64,000 bases of DNA, taken from Planctomycetota bacterium. Its GTDB lineage: Bacteria; Planctomycetota; UBA1135; UBA2386. Position 1 is the first letter of the stretch; every line of letters begins with the position of its first letter. The position numbers and the translations under genes were made by a program. This document shows positions 27,972-39,725 of the stretch, one piece after another. The notes below the pieces were generated by a model. That model was not told the DNA's origin. It saw only the letters and a list, made by a program, of their open reading frames with translations, and did not search any database. Location of the stretch: positions 6,240,001 through 6,304,000 of the forward strand of contig OZ245006.1 of assembly GCA_965223545.1 (NCBI GenBank), given 5' to 3'.

Positions 27972-29678
27972 ATGTCGGAAATCGCGACACCCGGTGTGCG
28001 CGGCGAAACGGTCGATGCTCGTGAAGCGGCAGCGGCAACCGAGGTTGCCCGCCGGCTGAACGCCGCCCACCGCGCGTTCGCCACGCTGCCTCCGTACCAC
28101 ATCCACGTGCAGGCGGCGATCGACGACCTGGACCGGGCACTGCGCACCTATCACGGTGATCACGGGGTCGCGGTGCGCTTCGAGCGGCGCGGCACCGAGC
28201 TCCTGTTCTCGGGCGAGGTGGTGGCGTCGGGGGACCGCAAGGAGTCGTCGCTGGCGTACACGCTCGCGCAGCACGGTGTCCGCTCGCTCGAGCTGCAAGC
28301 GGGCATCGACCGCCGCGAGGTGCTGCAGCTGCTCGAAGCGCTGTCCGTCACCCCGACCGGTGCCGACGCCGACGACGACCTGGCGCTGGTTCTCTGGGAG
28401 CGGCTGTGCGAGCACATCGCGGTCGAGGTGGTCGCACCGGCGCTGAACGAGGCGTTCGCCGCACCCGAGCCGACGGTGGTCGACGTCGGACCCGGCGAGC
28501 TGCGCCTGCGGTTGGCGGGTCGTGCGCGCACGCTGCCGGCGCCCGAGGGCCGCCCGGTGATGGCGGTGGAGGGCGAGCCTGCGCAGGTCGGAGCCCGCGA
28601 TCTGCTCGAGCTGCGGGTCCTGGCGACGCGCGAGGCGGGCGAGGCGGCGATCGACACCGCGGTCGAGGGTGTGCTGCGCATGGCCGGCGTCGCGTCGCGG
28701 CCAGCGACGGCGCAGCAGGCGTTGGAGCTGATCCGGGGCTCGATCGAGCGGCTGTTGCGGCGGCGGGCGTTTGCCTCCGCCCGGCGACTCGCCGAGCAGC
28801 TGCGCACCGCGCAGCAACGCGCGGAGCTGCCGGAGGAGTGGTTGCGCGAGGTCGCCCGCGTGCGCGTCGCGCTGGGCGAACCGCGGGCGATGGCGCCGGT
28901 GCTGACCCACCTACAGAGCGGCGTTGCGCCGCCCGACGCCGATCTGATCGGCTACCTGCGGGCACTGTCCCGCAACGCCGCGGCCCCGTTGTTCGCCTGC
29001 TTCCGGGCGGGACACCACAGCGAAGCGCTGATCCCCGCGCTGGTCGAGCTGGGCGGTGTGGCCGCCATCCAGGTGTATGCCGCCGAGCTGCAGTCCGACC
29101 GCAGCAGCCAGGTGATCGCGGCGATGCGTCTCCTCCTGGCGATCGACCCGCGCGCCAGCGCGCGCGAGCTCATCGCGCAGCTGCGCCACACCGATCCGCT
29201 GGTGCGTGAGGAGGCCCTGCGGGCGCTGCCGCGGATCGGCGACGAGCGCGTCGCCGCGCGCGCCTTGGCGGCGGTGACGGATCCCGCCCGCGAAGTCCGC
29301 CTGGTGGCGCTGGAGCTACTGTCGCGGTCGCCGGCGGCGGCGGCATTCGACCCGCTGATGGAGCTGTACGAGCGTTCGGCCAAGCAGGAGCTCGCCGAAT
29401 CCGAGGAGGTCGCTCTGCTCGAAGCGCTGGCGCATTGTGACCCGGAGCGAGCCGCGCACGTGCTCGGCGCGATGTTGCGCAAGCGCGGATGGCTGCCCGG
29501 CCGGCAGCTCGTGTCCGACCAGCAGCGACGCGTCGCGCGCGTGCTGGCGCGAGTTCCCTACCCTCCGTGCCGGGCGGTCGTCAACCAGCTGGCCAACGGT
29601 CCCAAGCCGGGGCCGATCCAGGCGCTGTGCGCGGCCGCCATCCTGGAGCGGGGCAGTCATCCGAAGGAGCAGCCATGA
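27972..29678 (+). CDS. HEAT-repeat protein
   Basis: LRHTDPLVREEALRAL and DPAREVRLVALELL repeats; translationally coupled to the next gene. Confidence 0.8.
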   Translation: MSEIATPGVRGETVDAREAAAATEVARRLNAAHRAFATLPPYHIHVQAAIDDLDRALRTYHGDHGVAVRFERRGTELLFSGEVVASGDRKESSLAYTLAQHGVRSLELQAGIDRREVLQLLEALSVTPTGADADDDLALVLWERLCEHIAVEVVAPALNEAFAAPEPTVVDVGPGELRLRLAGRARTLPAPEGRPVMAVEGEPAQVGARDLLELRVLATREAGEAAIDTAVEGVLRMAGVASRPATAQQALELIRGSIERLLRRRAFASARRLAEQLRTAQQRAELPEEWLREVARVRVALGEPRAMAPVLTHLQSGVAPPDADLIGYLRALSRNAAAPLFACFRAGHHSEALIPALVELGGVAAIQVYAAELQSDRSSQVIAAMRLLLAIDPRASARELIAQLRHTDPLVREEALRALPRIGDERVAARALAAVTDPAREVRLVALELLSRSPAAAAFDPLMELYERSAKQELAESEEVALLEALAHCDPERAAHVLGAMLRKRGWLPGRQLVSDQQRRVARVLARVPYPPCRAVVNQLANGPKPGPIQALCAAAILERGSHPKEQP

Positions 29679-31042
29679 CGTTGCAGTTGCGCGAGAGTCG
29701 CCTGACACCCGCCGCCACCGAGGCCGTGGCCGACGCCGGTCGCCTGCGGCGGCACGGACCGCTGGTGGTCGCCAACCTGCTGGCCGCCCTGCGCGGCGGC
29801 GAGCAGGCCTCGACCGGGTCCGCGGTCGTCGCCCGGACGCTGCGCGAGCTGATCGGCCGCGGCGAGCACCTGCAGCTCGACGTGGCGGAGCGCGGGGTCG
29901 AGGTCGGTGGGTTGCGGCTGCGCGTCGCCGCCGCAGAGGCGCGCGAGCTGGGCGATCGGTTGGCGGCGTGCGGCGTGGCGCGCGTCGAGCTGGCGCGCAC
30001 GACCTCACGCGCCGACCTCGATGCCTTCGCCGCTTCGTGTCGCACCAAGGACACCGTCGACGGGACCTTCGGGGGATTGCGCGTCACCGCGACGTTCGCC
30101 ATCGGCCCCGAGGCGGGCGAGCAGCCGGCGGTGGAGTCAGCTGTCTCGGCGAACGACCCGTCGGAGAGCGTGTCCGCACCCTCTTGGATGCAGTTGGCGC
30201 TGCGGGCATACGACCGTCTGGTCGCGGTGCACGGCGAGGCCCGCGTGCGCGATCGGCACGGTGAGCCGCTGCCGGTGCGCGCGGCAAAACACGCACTGCG
30301 CGAGGTCGTCGACGTGCTGTGTCACGACGACAGCCGTTTGTTGGCGGTGCTGTCCGTACCGGACGTGCGGTTCGCCCCCGGTCTGGCGCCGGTGCGTATC
30401 GCGCTCCTCACCACCGCTCTCGGAGTACGTCTCACCACGCCGCCGAAGGGTCTTGCCGAGCTCGGCGTAGCGGCCTTGTTCCGCGACTACGCCTCGGCAC
30501 CGGCCCCGGATCCGTACGGAGTGCCGCGCGAGCTGCCAGGCCTGTTGCGCGGTGCATCGCTCGGCGACGCCGCCGCCCGCGCCCTCCAGCTGGCGGTCGA
30601 GCTGGATCAGGCCGAGGCCGGGGACTTCACGCCGCGTTCGATGTTCGCCAACGTGATCGCGGTCTGCACGGAGTACGACCGCAGAGTGTCGTGCAGCGCT
30701 GACGGTCAGCCATTGGTCGAGCAGGTCTTTGGCACGATGCTCGAGCAAACCGGCAACGCGGGCGTGCGGCGCTTGATCCTCATGCTGCGCCAGCTGCTCG
30801 GCTGCTTCCCGCCGGGGAGCATCGTGCGCCTGGCCTCGGGTGCGTTGGCCGTGGTCGTGCGCTCCGGCGCGGCGGCGCCCGACCGGCCGCTCGTGCGCAC
30901 ATTGCTCGACGCCGAGGGCCAGCCGATCGACGCCTTGGTCGATGTTGCACAGGGAGAACGTGGCGGCGCCGAGGCGGTGGTGGCGACCGTCGCGGCGGAA
31001 GAAGTCGGCCTGCGCGGGTTCGAAGTCCTCGGTCTGCTCTGA
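29675..31042 (+). CDS. Degenerate HD-GYP-like protein
   Basis: LGVAALFRDY at the LLHD position, ANVIAVCTEYD, C-terminal GCFPPGSIVRLASGALAVV...DRP.V. Confidence 0.65.
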   Translation: MTLQLRESRLTPAATEAVADAGRLRRHGPLVVANLLAALRGGEQASTGSAVVARTLRELIGRGEHLQLDVAERGVEVGGLRLRVAAAEARELGDRLAACGVARVELARTTSRADLDAFAASCRTKDTVDGTFGGLRVTATFAIGPEAGEQPAVESAVSANDPSESVSAPSWMQLALRAYDRLVAVHGEARVRDRHGEPLPVRAAKHALREVVDVLCHDDSRLLAVLSVPDVRFAPGLAPVRIALLTTALGVRLTTPPKGLAELGVAALFRDYASAPAPDPYGVPRELPGLLRGASLGDAAARALQLAVELDQAEAGDFTPRSMFANVIAVCTEYDRRVSCSADGQPLVEQVFGTMLEQTGNAGVRRLILMLRQLLGCFPPGSIVRLASGALAVVVRSGAAAPDRPLVRTLLDAEGQPIDALVDVAQGERGGAEAVVATVAAEEVGLRGFEVLGLL

Positions 31043-31063
31043 CGCCGAGAACTCGCGCGACGC

Positions 31064-32050
31064 TCAGCGGCCGGTGGCGGGGGGTGCGGCTAGGCTGCCC
31101 AGAGGCAGCCAGACCCCGCCGTCGTTGCGGAGCCGGTTGCCTCCGAAGGCCTCGCCGAGCGCGCGCGTGCCCATGTGGAACACGGCGTAGGCGTCGGGGC
31201 CTTCGCTGCCGCTGTACTGCTGGTGTTCGTTGTCGGACTCCATCACCTGGCCCTCTTGGGTGATGGCGAACACCTTGTTGCCGCTCTGCCCGCGGACGGC
31301 GGGCCATGCGTACGCAACCCAGAACTGCTCGGCGTTGGACGCGTCCGGCGCGGAATCGTCGGCAGTGCCGATGCCGCCGCCGGCCTGGGGGCCGTCGGTG
31401 ACCGCGGCGACCGCGGTCGGCAGCCACAGCTGGAAGACGTATCCGCCTCGTTCGACGGTGCTATCCCGGAGCGCCAGCGGGACGCGCAGCAGCTGCTCGA
31501 TCGGTGCGCCGGTGGCCTCGCCGAATCGGTCCCGCAGCCGGGCACTGCCGGCCAGCTCGCCGAGGAAGCAGTACTCGCCTTTGCCGTCGTCGTCGACGTC
31601 GACGTAGGCGCGCTCGCGGGCGATGGCCTGGGCGCGCGCCAGCTCGTTGAGCACGATGACCGCCTGCTTCTCGCCGGCGGCCATGCGCATGGACTTGATC
31701 TCGCTCTTGGCGGCGGTGACCTCATCGGAGCTGAGAGTGCCGTTGCCGTCGGTGTCGGCCTCGCGCAGCAAGCGCTCGCCGATCGCCATCACTTGCCGCG
31801 CCCGCCCGCCGTGCAGCTGGCGGCGGGCGACGTCGGTGTTCGGCGCCAACGTGATGATGGTCTCCAGGCTCTTGCGGAACCGCTTGCCCGCCTGCGGATC
31901 GAGCTGGTGGACGATGGCGTCGACGCTCTGCGCGAAGGACTCCATCGTCCGGCTGTCGATGCGAGCCGGCGGCTGCGCTTGCGCCGCTGCCACGGTCGTG
32001 ATGGCGCCGGCCAGCGCCGTAGTGCGAATCCAAGTGGTCGGTCGTTGCAT
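31064..32050 (-). CDS. Secreted protein with an EF-hand-like loop and a pilin-like/DUF2950-like domain
   Basis: Signal peptide; ADTDGNGTLSSDE; DVDDDGKGEY..LGELAG; FWVAYAWP...G..GNKVF.I...G. Confidence 0.55.
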   Translation of the reverse strand: MQRPTTWIRTTALAGAITTVAAAQAQPPARIDSRTMESFAQSVDAIVHQLDPQAGKRFRKSLETIITLAPNTDVARRQLHGGRARQVMAIGERLLREADTDGNGTLSSDEVTAAKSEIKSMRMAAGEKQAVIVLNELARAQAIARERAYVDVDDDGKGEYCFLGELAGSARLRDRFGEATGAPIEQLLRVPLALRDSTVERGGYVFQLWLPTAVAAVTDGPQAGGGIGTADDSAPDASNAEQFWVAYAWPAVRGQSGNKVFAITQEGQVMESDNEHQQYSGSEGPDAYAVFHMGTRALGEAFGGNRLRNDGGVWLPLGSLAAPPATGR

Positions 32051-32230
32051 CTGCGCTCCCTCGCTGCCGCCGTCGGCAATTCCGACGGGTGGCTTGAGCG
32101 GGCGCGCGGCGGAAAGTCGCGACTCGGGCGAATCGACTGACTGTTCCGCGCAACGTGCTGCGTCGAGCTTGGTGCTGGCCACCCGGTGGCATCGAAATCG
32201 ACGCAGCGTTCTTGCTGGAGGCGCGTCGCG

Positions 32231-32254
32231 GGAGGTGCGACCCACCTCCTTTTT
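32231..32254 (+). terminator. Hairpin with T-tract (intrinsic terminator-like)
   Basis: GGAGGTG-CGACC-CACCTCC-TTTTT. Confidence 0.5.
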
Positions 32255-32276
32255 GCGGGTCATCGGGTGGCCTGCG

Positions 32277-34268
32277 TCATTCGCCCTCGGCACTCGCCGC
32301 GCGGGCCTCGCGGTCCCCCGATCGGGGCTCGTCCGTGGCTGCGGCGCGAGGCGGCGTGGACAAGTAGGTCGTGCCCGCGAGCCCGCCTTCGTAGTGGCGC
32401 ATCAGCAGAGCGGATTCCTCGACGCGGATCGCACCGGTGCGCAGCGCCTGCTCGGCGGCGGCGCGCACGCGCCGCACCAGATCCCGGCGGTCGTACTGCA
32501 CGTAGCCCAAGACCTCGGTGACGGTGTCGCCCTCGACCACCCGCTCGACGCTGTAGCCATGCTCGTCGTCGAGGCGGATGTGGATCGCGTTGGTGTCGCC
32601 GAACAGGTTGTGCAGGTCGCCGAGGATCTCTTGGTAGGCCCCGATCAAGAACACGCCGAGGTAGTACGGCTGGCCGGGCAGCAGGCGGTGTAGCTCGAGT
32701 GCCCGCTTGACGTCGTGCAGGTCGATGAAGCGATCGACGCGTCCGTCGCTGTCGCACGTGAGATCCGAGAGAATGGCGCGCTGCGTCGGTCTTTCCAGCA
32801 ACCGATGGATCGGCATGACTGGGAACAGCTGCTTCACCGCCCAGTGGTCGGGCAGCGATTGGAACACCGAGAAGTTGCAGTAGTAGTTGTTGGCCAGACC
32901 GCGTTCGAGGCCGTCGAGCTCGTCGGGGACGTAGTCGAGCTCGCGCACGATGCCGAGCACCTTGGTGCACACGGCCCAGAACAGCTGTTCCAGCACAGCA
33001 CGCCCGCGGAGGTCGAGGAAGCCGAGATTGAACATCTGCAGGCCCTCTTCCCGGCGCTGCAGCGCGTCGTGGTAGCACTCTTGGAAGGTCTTGCGCGTCA
33101 CCGCGGCGTGTGTCTCCCGCAGCGCCCTGATCGGCGCGGGCTCGTCGTCGCCGGTCTCCAGCGGGGGCGGCACGGCGTCGTCTTCGCGATTGACGCCGAG
33201 CACGTTCATCACCAACACCGCGTGGTGGGCGACCATCGCGCGGCCCGACTCGCTGACGATGTCCGGGTGCGGGATGTCCCGCGCATCGCAGGCCTCGCGG
33301 ATCGAGGACACCACGTCGTTGGCGTACTCCTGCAGGGTGTAGTTGGTCGAGGAGTGGAAGTTGGTGCGCGAGCCGTCGTAGTCCACGCCGAGGCCGCCGC
33401 CGACGTCGAGCATGCGGAGCTCGGCGCCCAGCGCGCACAGCTCGACGAAGATCCGGCTCGACTCGCGCAGCGCGTCCTTGATCGCTCGGATCGCGGTGAT
33501 CTGGCTGCCGATGTGGAAGTGCAGCAGCTCCAGGCAGTCGAGCATGTCGGCTTCCCGCAGCGTGTCGATGACGGAGACGAGCTCGGCGGCGGCCAGGCCG
33601 AACTTGGAGCGAGAGCCGGTGGACTCCGCCCATTTGCCGGCGCCGCGCGCCGCGAGGCGCGCACGCACGCCGATGTGTGGGCGCAGGCGCAGGCGTTGGG
33701 AGGCTTGGATGATCGACTGCAGCTCTTCGAAGCGGTCGATGACGATAACGGGGTGGCGGCCCAGCTTCTGTGCCAGCAGCGCCGTCTCGATGTAGGCGTC
33801 GTCCTTGTAGCCGTTGCAGATGATGAGCGAGTTGGGTCCCTCGGCCAGCGCCAGCGCCACCAGCAGCTCCGGCTTGCTGCCGGCCTCGAGCCCGAGCCCG
33901 AGGTCGCGACCGTAGTGCACCAGCTCCTCGACGACGTCGCTCTGCTGGTTGACCTTGATGGGGAACACGGGCCGATAGGCGCCGCCGTAACCCTCGTCCT
34001 GGATCGCCGTGCCGAACGCCGAGCCGATCTGCTCGAGCCGGTCGTGCAGGATGTCGGAGAACCGCAGCAACAGCGGAAGCGCGTATCCCCGGTGTTGCAG
34101 GTCTTCGACCAGGGCGCGCAGACTGACGCTGCTGCGCCCGCTCTTGTTGGTGACGCAGAGGTCGCCGGCCTTGTCGATGTGGAAATAGCCACAGCCCCAA
34201 GCGCGGACGTGATAGAGCTCGGAGCTGTCGCGGACGGTCCAGGACCGCAGGTCGGAGGAGTTCTTCAA
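32277..34268 (-). CDS. speA: Biosynthetic arginine decarboxylase
   Basis: VFPIKVNQQ, GLEAGSKPEL, HFHIGSQI, DVGGGLGVDYDG, SESGRA, TCDSDG, GAYQEILG. TTG start at 34268 inferred. Confidence 0.95.
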   Translation of the reverse strand: MKNSSDLRSWTVRDSSELYHVRAWGCGYFHIDKAGDLCVTNKSGRSSVSLRALVEDLQHRGYALPLLLRFSDILHDRLEQIGSAFGTAIQDEGYGGAYRPVFPIKVNQQSDVVEELVHYGRDLGLGLEAGSKPELLVALALAEGPNSLIICNGYKDDAYIETALLAQKLGRHPVIVIDRFEELQSIIQASQRLRLRPHIGVRARLAARGAGKWAESTGSRSKFGLAAAELVSVIDTLREADMLDCLELLHFHIGSQITAIRAIKDALRESSRIFVELCALGAELRMLDVGGGLGVDYDGSRTNFHSSTNYTLQEYANDVVSSIREACDARDIPHPDIVSESGRAMVAHHAVLVMNVLGVNREDDAVPPPLETGDDEPAPIRALRETHAAVTRKTFQECYHDALQRREEGLQMFNLGFLDLRGRAVLEQLFWAVCTKVLGIVRELDYVPDELDGLERGLANNYYCNFSVFQSLPDHWAVKQLFPVMPIHRLLERPTQRAILSDLTCDSDGRVDRFIDLHDVKRALELHRLLPGQPYYLGVFLIGAYQEILGDLHNLFGDTNAIHIRLDDEHGYSVERVVEGDTVTEVLGYVQYDRRDLVRRVRAAAEQALRTGAIRVEESALLMRHYEGGLAGTTYLSTPPRAAATDEPRSGDREARAASAEGE

Positions 34269-34342
34269 AGGCGGCCTCGGTCGACCGGAGAGGAAGAGCG
34301 AGATTGAAGCTCCGCCGTCGCCCTCCCGCAACGGCCTGGCCC

Positions 34343-35059
34343 TCAGTCTCGGTCACGGCGGCGAGCGATCAGGAGCAGCGTGCCGTTGAACGAGAGGCCC
34401 TCGGCGGCGACGGCGTCGGCCAGCCTGCGCCAAGCGCCGCGGTCCGGGTCGTTGGCCGGCAGGGTCGCGAGCAGCGGCTCGGCCTCGGCGGCGAGGTCTG
34501 CGAATGGCCGCCGGCGGAGTCGCAGGGCGGTGTGCACCTCCAGCCGCCAGGTGGCGGGAGCCGGCAAGGCGCGGCGCAACGCATCCGCCCCCATGGCGTC
34601 GTGGTGGACTTGGCCGGCGCGGCGGTGCTGGCGCTTCAACCACCGGTCGGCCGCTTCCGCGTTCCGCTGGCAGGCGAGGCCCGGGTCGAACCAGGGTTCG
34701 GCCAGCGCCAAGCCGCGCCGGCAGACGCGCGCGGCTTCGGCAAAAGCCACCGCCGGATCGGTGAGGTGATGCGGCACGTGCCGCATCGTGACCCAATCGA
34801 AAGAGCCGTTCCCGCAGGGCAACCGCTCGGCCTCGGCGCGTACGGTCGGCAGCCGTGCATGCGCTGCGACCAGGGCTTCATCGCCATCCGGCTCGGCGCC
34901 GACCACCGTCAGTCCCAGGCGCTGCAGCGCGGCGACGGTCGCGCCCGTGCCCGCACCGACGTCGAGGACCGACGCCGGCGCCAATGCCGCGACGCGCTGC
35001 GCAAACCACGAGCGCAGGAACGAGACGTTCTCGGCGGAGGCCGACGGCTTGCCATTCAC
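34343..35059 (-). CDS. Class I SAM-dependent methyltransferase
   Basis: VLDVGAGTG, AERLP..NGSFD.V..RHVPHHL.DP. Confidence 0.85.
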   Translation of the reverse strand: MNGKPSASAENVSFLRSWFAQRVAALAPASVLDVGAGTGATVAALQRLGLTVVGAEPDGDEALVAAHARLPTVRAEAERLPCGNGSFDWVTMRHVPHHLTDPAVAFAEAARVCRRGLALAEPWFDPGLACQRNAEAADRWLKRQHRRAGQVHHDAMGADALRRALPAPATWRLEVHTALRLRRRPFADLAAEAEPLLATLPANDPDRGAWRRLADAVAAEGLSFNGTLLLIARRRDRD

Positions 35060-35107
35060 AGTGGAACTACACCTTCGCCACCGGGCAGCTCCGGCTGGCT
35101 CGGGACG

Positions 35108-35728
35108 TCAGTCGCGGACCGCGGCCGACAGCGGGCGCGGTCCGGTGGGGGGTGTGGCGACTGCCGGTGTTTGCTCGGCCGCGCTAGCACCGCCCAGCGC
35201 GAGCCGCACCGCCGGGTGCATGCGGTTCAGCTCGACCGCGGTGACGGGGAACGCCGGGTTGCGCGGGTTGGGCTTCTTGCTGGTCACCAGCACGCCCTTC
35301 TCGATGGCCTCGGCGATCGCCCGTTGGCAGGACGGTGGCGACTGGGCCCAGTCGTGCTCGCTCTGCGGCAACAGCCGATCGCGCAGGAACTTCAGCGCGA
35401 CGAAATGGAGCTGCGGGCTGTCTTCGGCGGCGGACAGTACGTCGATCAGGTCCGGCAGGGGGTCGATGCCCTTGCAGGAGTCGACGTTGGGCGCGCCCCG
35501 TTCCTCGTAGTGGATCCGCACTTCGCCGTTGTTCGGCTCCCATTCGTCACCGGCGCACTCCTCGTGACGCAGCTGGACGATCGGCTGCATGCCGCTCGGC
35601 GGCGCAATCGCCAGCAGAGGCTGCAGCACCGGTGGCAGCATGCCGCCGTGGTGCATCGAGACCAGTGCGCGCAGCGCCTGCGCGACCCGCTCCTCGACTT
35701 GGCCGACGCGGGTTCCACGGCTAGACAT
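35108..35728 (-). CDS. Hypothetical protein
   Basis: Coding-like composition; C-terminal KPNPRNPAFPVTAVELNRMHP. Start inferred. Confidence 0.6.
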   Translation of the reverse strand: MSSRGTRVGQVEERVAQALRALVSMHHGGMLPPVLQPLLAIAPPSGMQPIVQLRHEECAGDEWEPNNGEVRIHYEERGAPNVDSCKGIDPLPDLIDVLSAAEDSPQLHFVALKFLRDRLLPQSEHDWAQSPPSCQRAIAEAIEKGVLVTSKKPNPRNPAFPVTAVELNRMHPAVRLALGGASAAEQTPAVATPPTGPRPLSAAVRD

Positions 35729-35993
35729 GGGTCGCCTCTCGCGCAGGCGGAATGGCTCGGAGCGAGAGAGGTGCGTGTGGTTCGTGCATTGGTCGGGCAG
35801 GTTCAACGGATGACGAAGGGCACTCCGCATCTTGGCTGTCGCGTGCGCGATCGTCAATGCGGTCGCGTGCTCGCCGCGTTGGCCCACCAGAACCGGTGCG
35901 AAAGCGCGTCGACCCCGAGTCCGCGACTTGTTCTCGTGCGTTTCGAGTGGTAGTGCGATGCGTTGCCCTTGTGGGGCGGCGCCGTGCCGCGCG

Positions 35994-37994
<2,001 letters not shown>

Positions 37995-38096
37995 GGCGGT
38001 TTCTCGAAATCGGCAAGGGACGACGGGCAGTCGTCGCCCGGGGGCGACAGTGTTGCGCCAGGTCGGCGGCGAGTGAAGGGGGAACCGCCTGACCGA

Positions 38097-38182
38097 GCTC
38101 AGCGCGGCCGGGGCCGCAACCAAACACGGAGCATTCCGCGACCCGAGCGTCGGTCGCGGGTCCCGCGGTCGCCGGAGGCTCA
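38097..38182 (-). repeat. Dispersed chimeric repeat copy (A terminus plus B body)
   Basis: Reverse complement of 38098-38175 matches 16172-16249 at 75/78; it begins with the A-type terminus TGAGCCTCCGG. Confidence 0.92.
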
Positions 38183-38935
38183 GGTGCCGCCGAGCTCGAA
38201 CGAGCACAGGTCGGTGGCAAGCACGACCTCGCCGGAGAACTCCGCCGCCGCGGCCGCGGCCAGATCGTGCCCCTCGCACTCCGGGTAGAAGTGGGTCAGA
38301 CAGAGCCGCCGCGCACCGGCTCGCTCCGCGGCGGCCGCCGCGAGTGCAGGCGTCAGGTGGCCGTCGACCTTGTGGCCGTCGGGGAACGCTGCCTCGCAGA
38401 CGAACAGGTCCACCCCGCGCGCCACCTCGACCAGGCCGTCGCACACGTCGGAGTCGCCGCTGATGGCGCAGCGCGCGCCGCCGGCTTCGATGCGGTAGGC
38501 CAGGCTCTCGGCGGTGTGCTCGACGGAGACCGCGTCGACCGAGAACGGCGGCAGCGCGTGGGGGCCGGGGGTCAGCTCGAGGGGCGCGAGCCGGTAGCCG
38601 CGCGCCGCCAGCCAGGGCCAGGCCCCGGTCAGCTGCTGCAACAGCGCCCGCAGCCCGGGGGCGCCGCCGATCCACAACGGCGGGCGGCCGGCGAAGCGCG
38701 GATTGCGCAGCGCGAACAGCAGCGCCGCCAGGTCCGCGGTGTGATCGGTGTGGTAGTGGGTGAGGAGAACACCGGTCAGGTCGTTCAGGTCCAATCCCAG
38801 TTTGGGCAGCTGGCGCAGGGTCCCCGGTCCGAGGTCGACCGCGATCGCCGCGCCACCGGCCTGCACCAGCACGCCGGCGGGCAGGCGGTCGGTGACCGGC
38901 ACGGCTGTCCCCGAGCCGAGGATCGTCACGCGCAT
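38180..38935 (-). CDS. MBL-fold metallo-hydrolase (RNase Z-like)
   Basis: ILGSG, DLGPG, THYHTDH (HxHxDH), SGDS, EAAF, HLT, LTHFYP. Confidence 0.9.
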   Translation of the reverse strand: MRVTILGSGTAVPVTDRLPAGVLVQAGGAAIAVDLGPGTLRQLPKLGLDLNDLTGVLLTHYHTDHTADLAALLFALRNPRFAGRPPLWIGGAPGLRALLQQLTGAWPWLAARGYRLAPLELTPGPHALPPFSVDAVSVEHTAESLAYRIEAGGARCAISGDSDVCDGLVEVARGVDLFVCEAAFPDGHKVDGHLTPALAAAAAERAGARRLCLTHFYPECEGHDLAAAAAAEFSGEVVLATDLCSFELGGT

Positions 38936-38941
38936 GGCGCG

Positions 38942-39550
38942 TCAGGCGCCGCGCTGGAGGTCGTCCAACGCGGCCTGGTAGTCGGCCGGGCTGTTGATGT
39001 TGCGCAGAAAGCGCCGGTCTGGATCGAAGGCGTCGACCTCGGCCTCGTCGAGCACGCGGGCCGCCACGCGGCCGGTCAACATCCGCGGCCTCCGCTCGCC
39101 TTCGGCGATCAACGCGTCGACGGTGGGCAGGACGGAGGTGCGGTAGATCGCGGTCAGCGGCTGCAGCTTGGCACCGACCCGGGGCAGCACCGCGTCGTGT
39201 TCGCCCAGCCGGTTGGCCAGCCAGGCCACGGCTGCCTCGGTCAGCTGAGGCGCATCACACGTGGTGACGAACGCCGCGTCACAGCGGTCTTGCAGGGCGC
39301 GCAGGCCGGTGGCGATGCCGACCAACGGACCCTCGTCGGGTTGCTCGTCGTACACCAGGTCGGTCTCGATCGGCAGCGGCGGCAATGCCTGCTCCGGGTC
39401 GCGCGCCACCACCAAGACAGGGTGGCAGCACTGCGCCAGGGTCTCCGCCGTGTGCCACAACAAGGTGGTGTCGCCGTAGGCGAGTGCTTCTTTGGGTTGC
39501 CCCATCCGGCGGCTGCGGCCACCGGCCAGGACGATTGCGCCGAGTAGCAT
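38942..39550 (-). CDS. mobA: Molybdenum cofactor guanylyltransferase
   Basis: IVLAGGRSRRMGQPK, GPLVGI..GL, TCDAP, QPL.AIY, NINSPADY. Confidence 0.9.
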   Translation of the reverse strand: MLLGAIVLAGGRSRRMGQPKEALAYGDTTLLWHTAETLAQCCHPVLVVARDPEQALPPLPIETDLVYDEQPDEGPLVGIATGLRALQDRCDAAFVTTCDAPQLTEAAVAWLANRLGEHDAVLPRVGAKLQPLTAIYRTSVLPTVDALIAEGERRPRMLTGRVAARVLDEAEVDAFDPDRRFLRNINSPADYQAALDDLQRGA

Positions 39551-39725
39551 CGTCTCCTTTGGTAACGTCGTGCCCTCCGGGCACCAAGCCGAAACCGGTG
39601 GCAACCTCGCCCGCGACGCCTCGCGCCCCGTTGCGGTAGGGCGTGGGAGCTCCGCGGGTGGGCCCGACCACCCGGCACTGCGCTCCGATCCCGCCGCCTT
39701 GCGCGCCTCTGCCCGCCGTCTCCGC

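Noticed and set aside
37995..38096. CIRCE heat-shock operator upstream of htpG
   Set aside because: No TTAGCACTC-N9-GAGTGCTAA-like sequence is visible.
37995..38675. N-terminal extension of HtpG (893-aa ORF)
   Set aside because: It overlaps the MBL hydrolase gene and the repeat; HtpG homology starts at ATG 37994.
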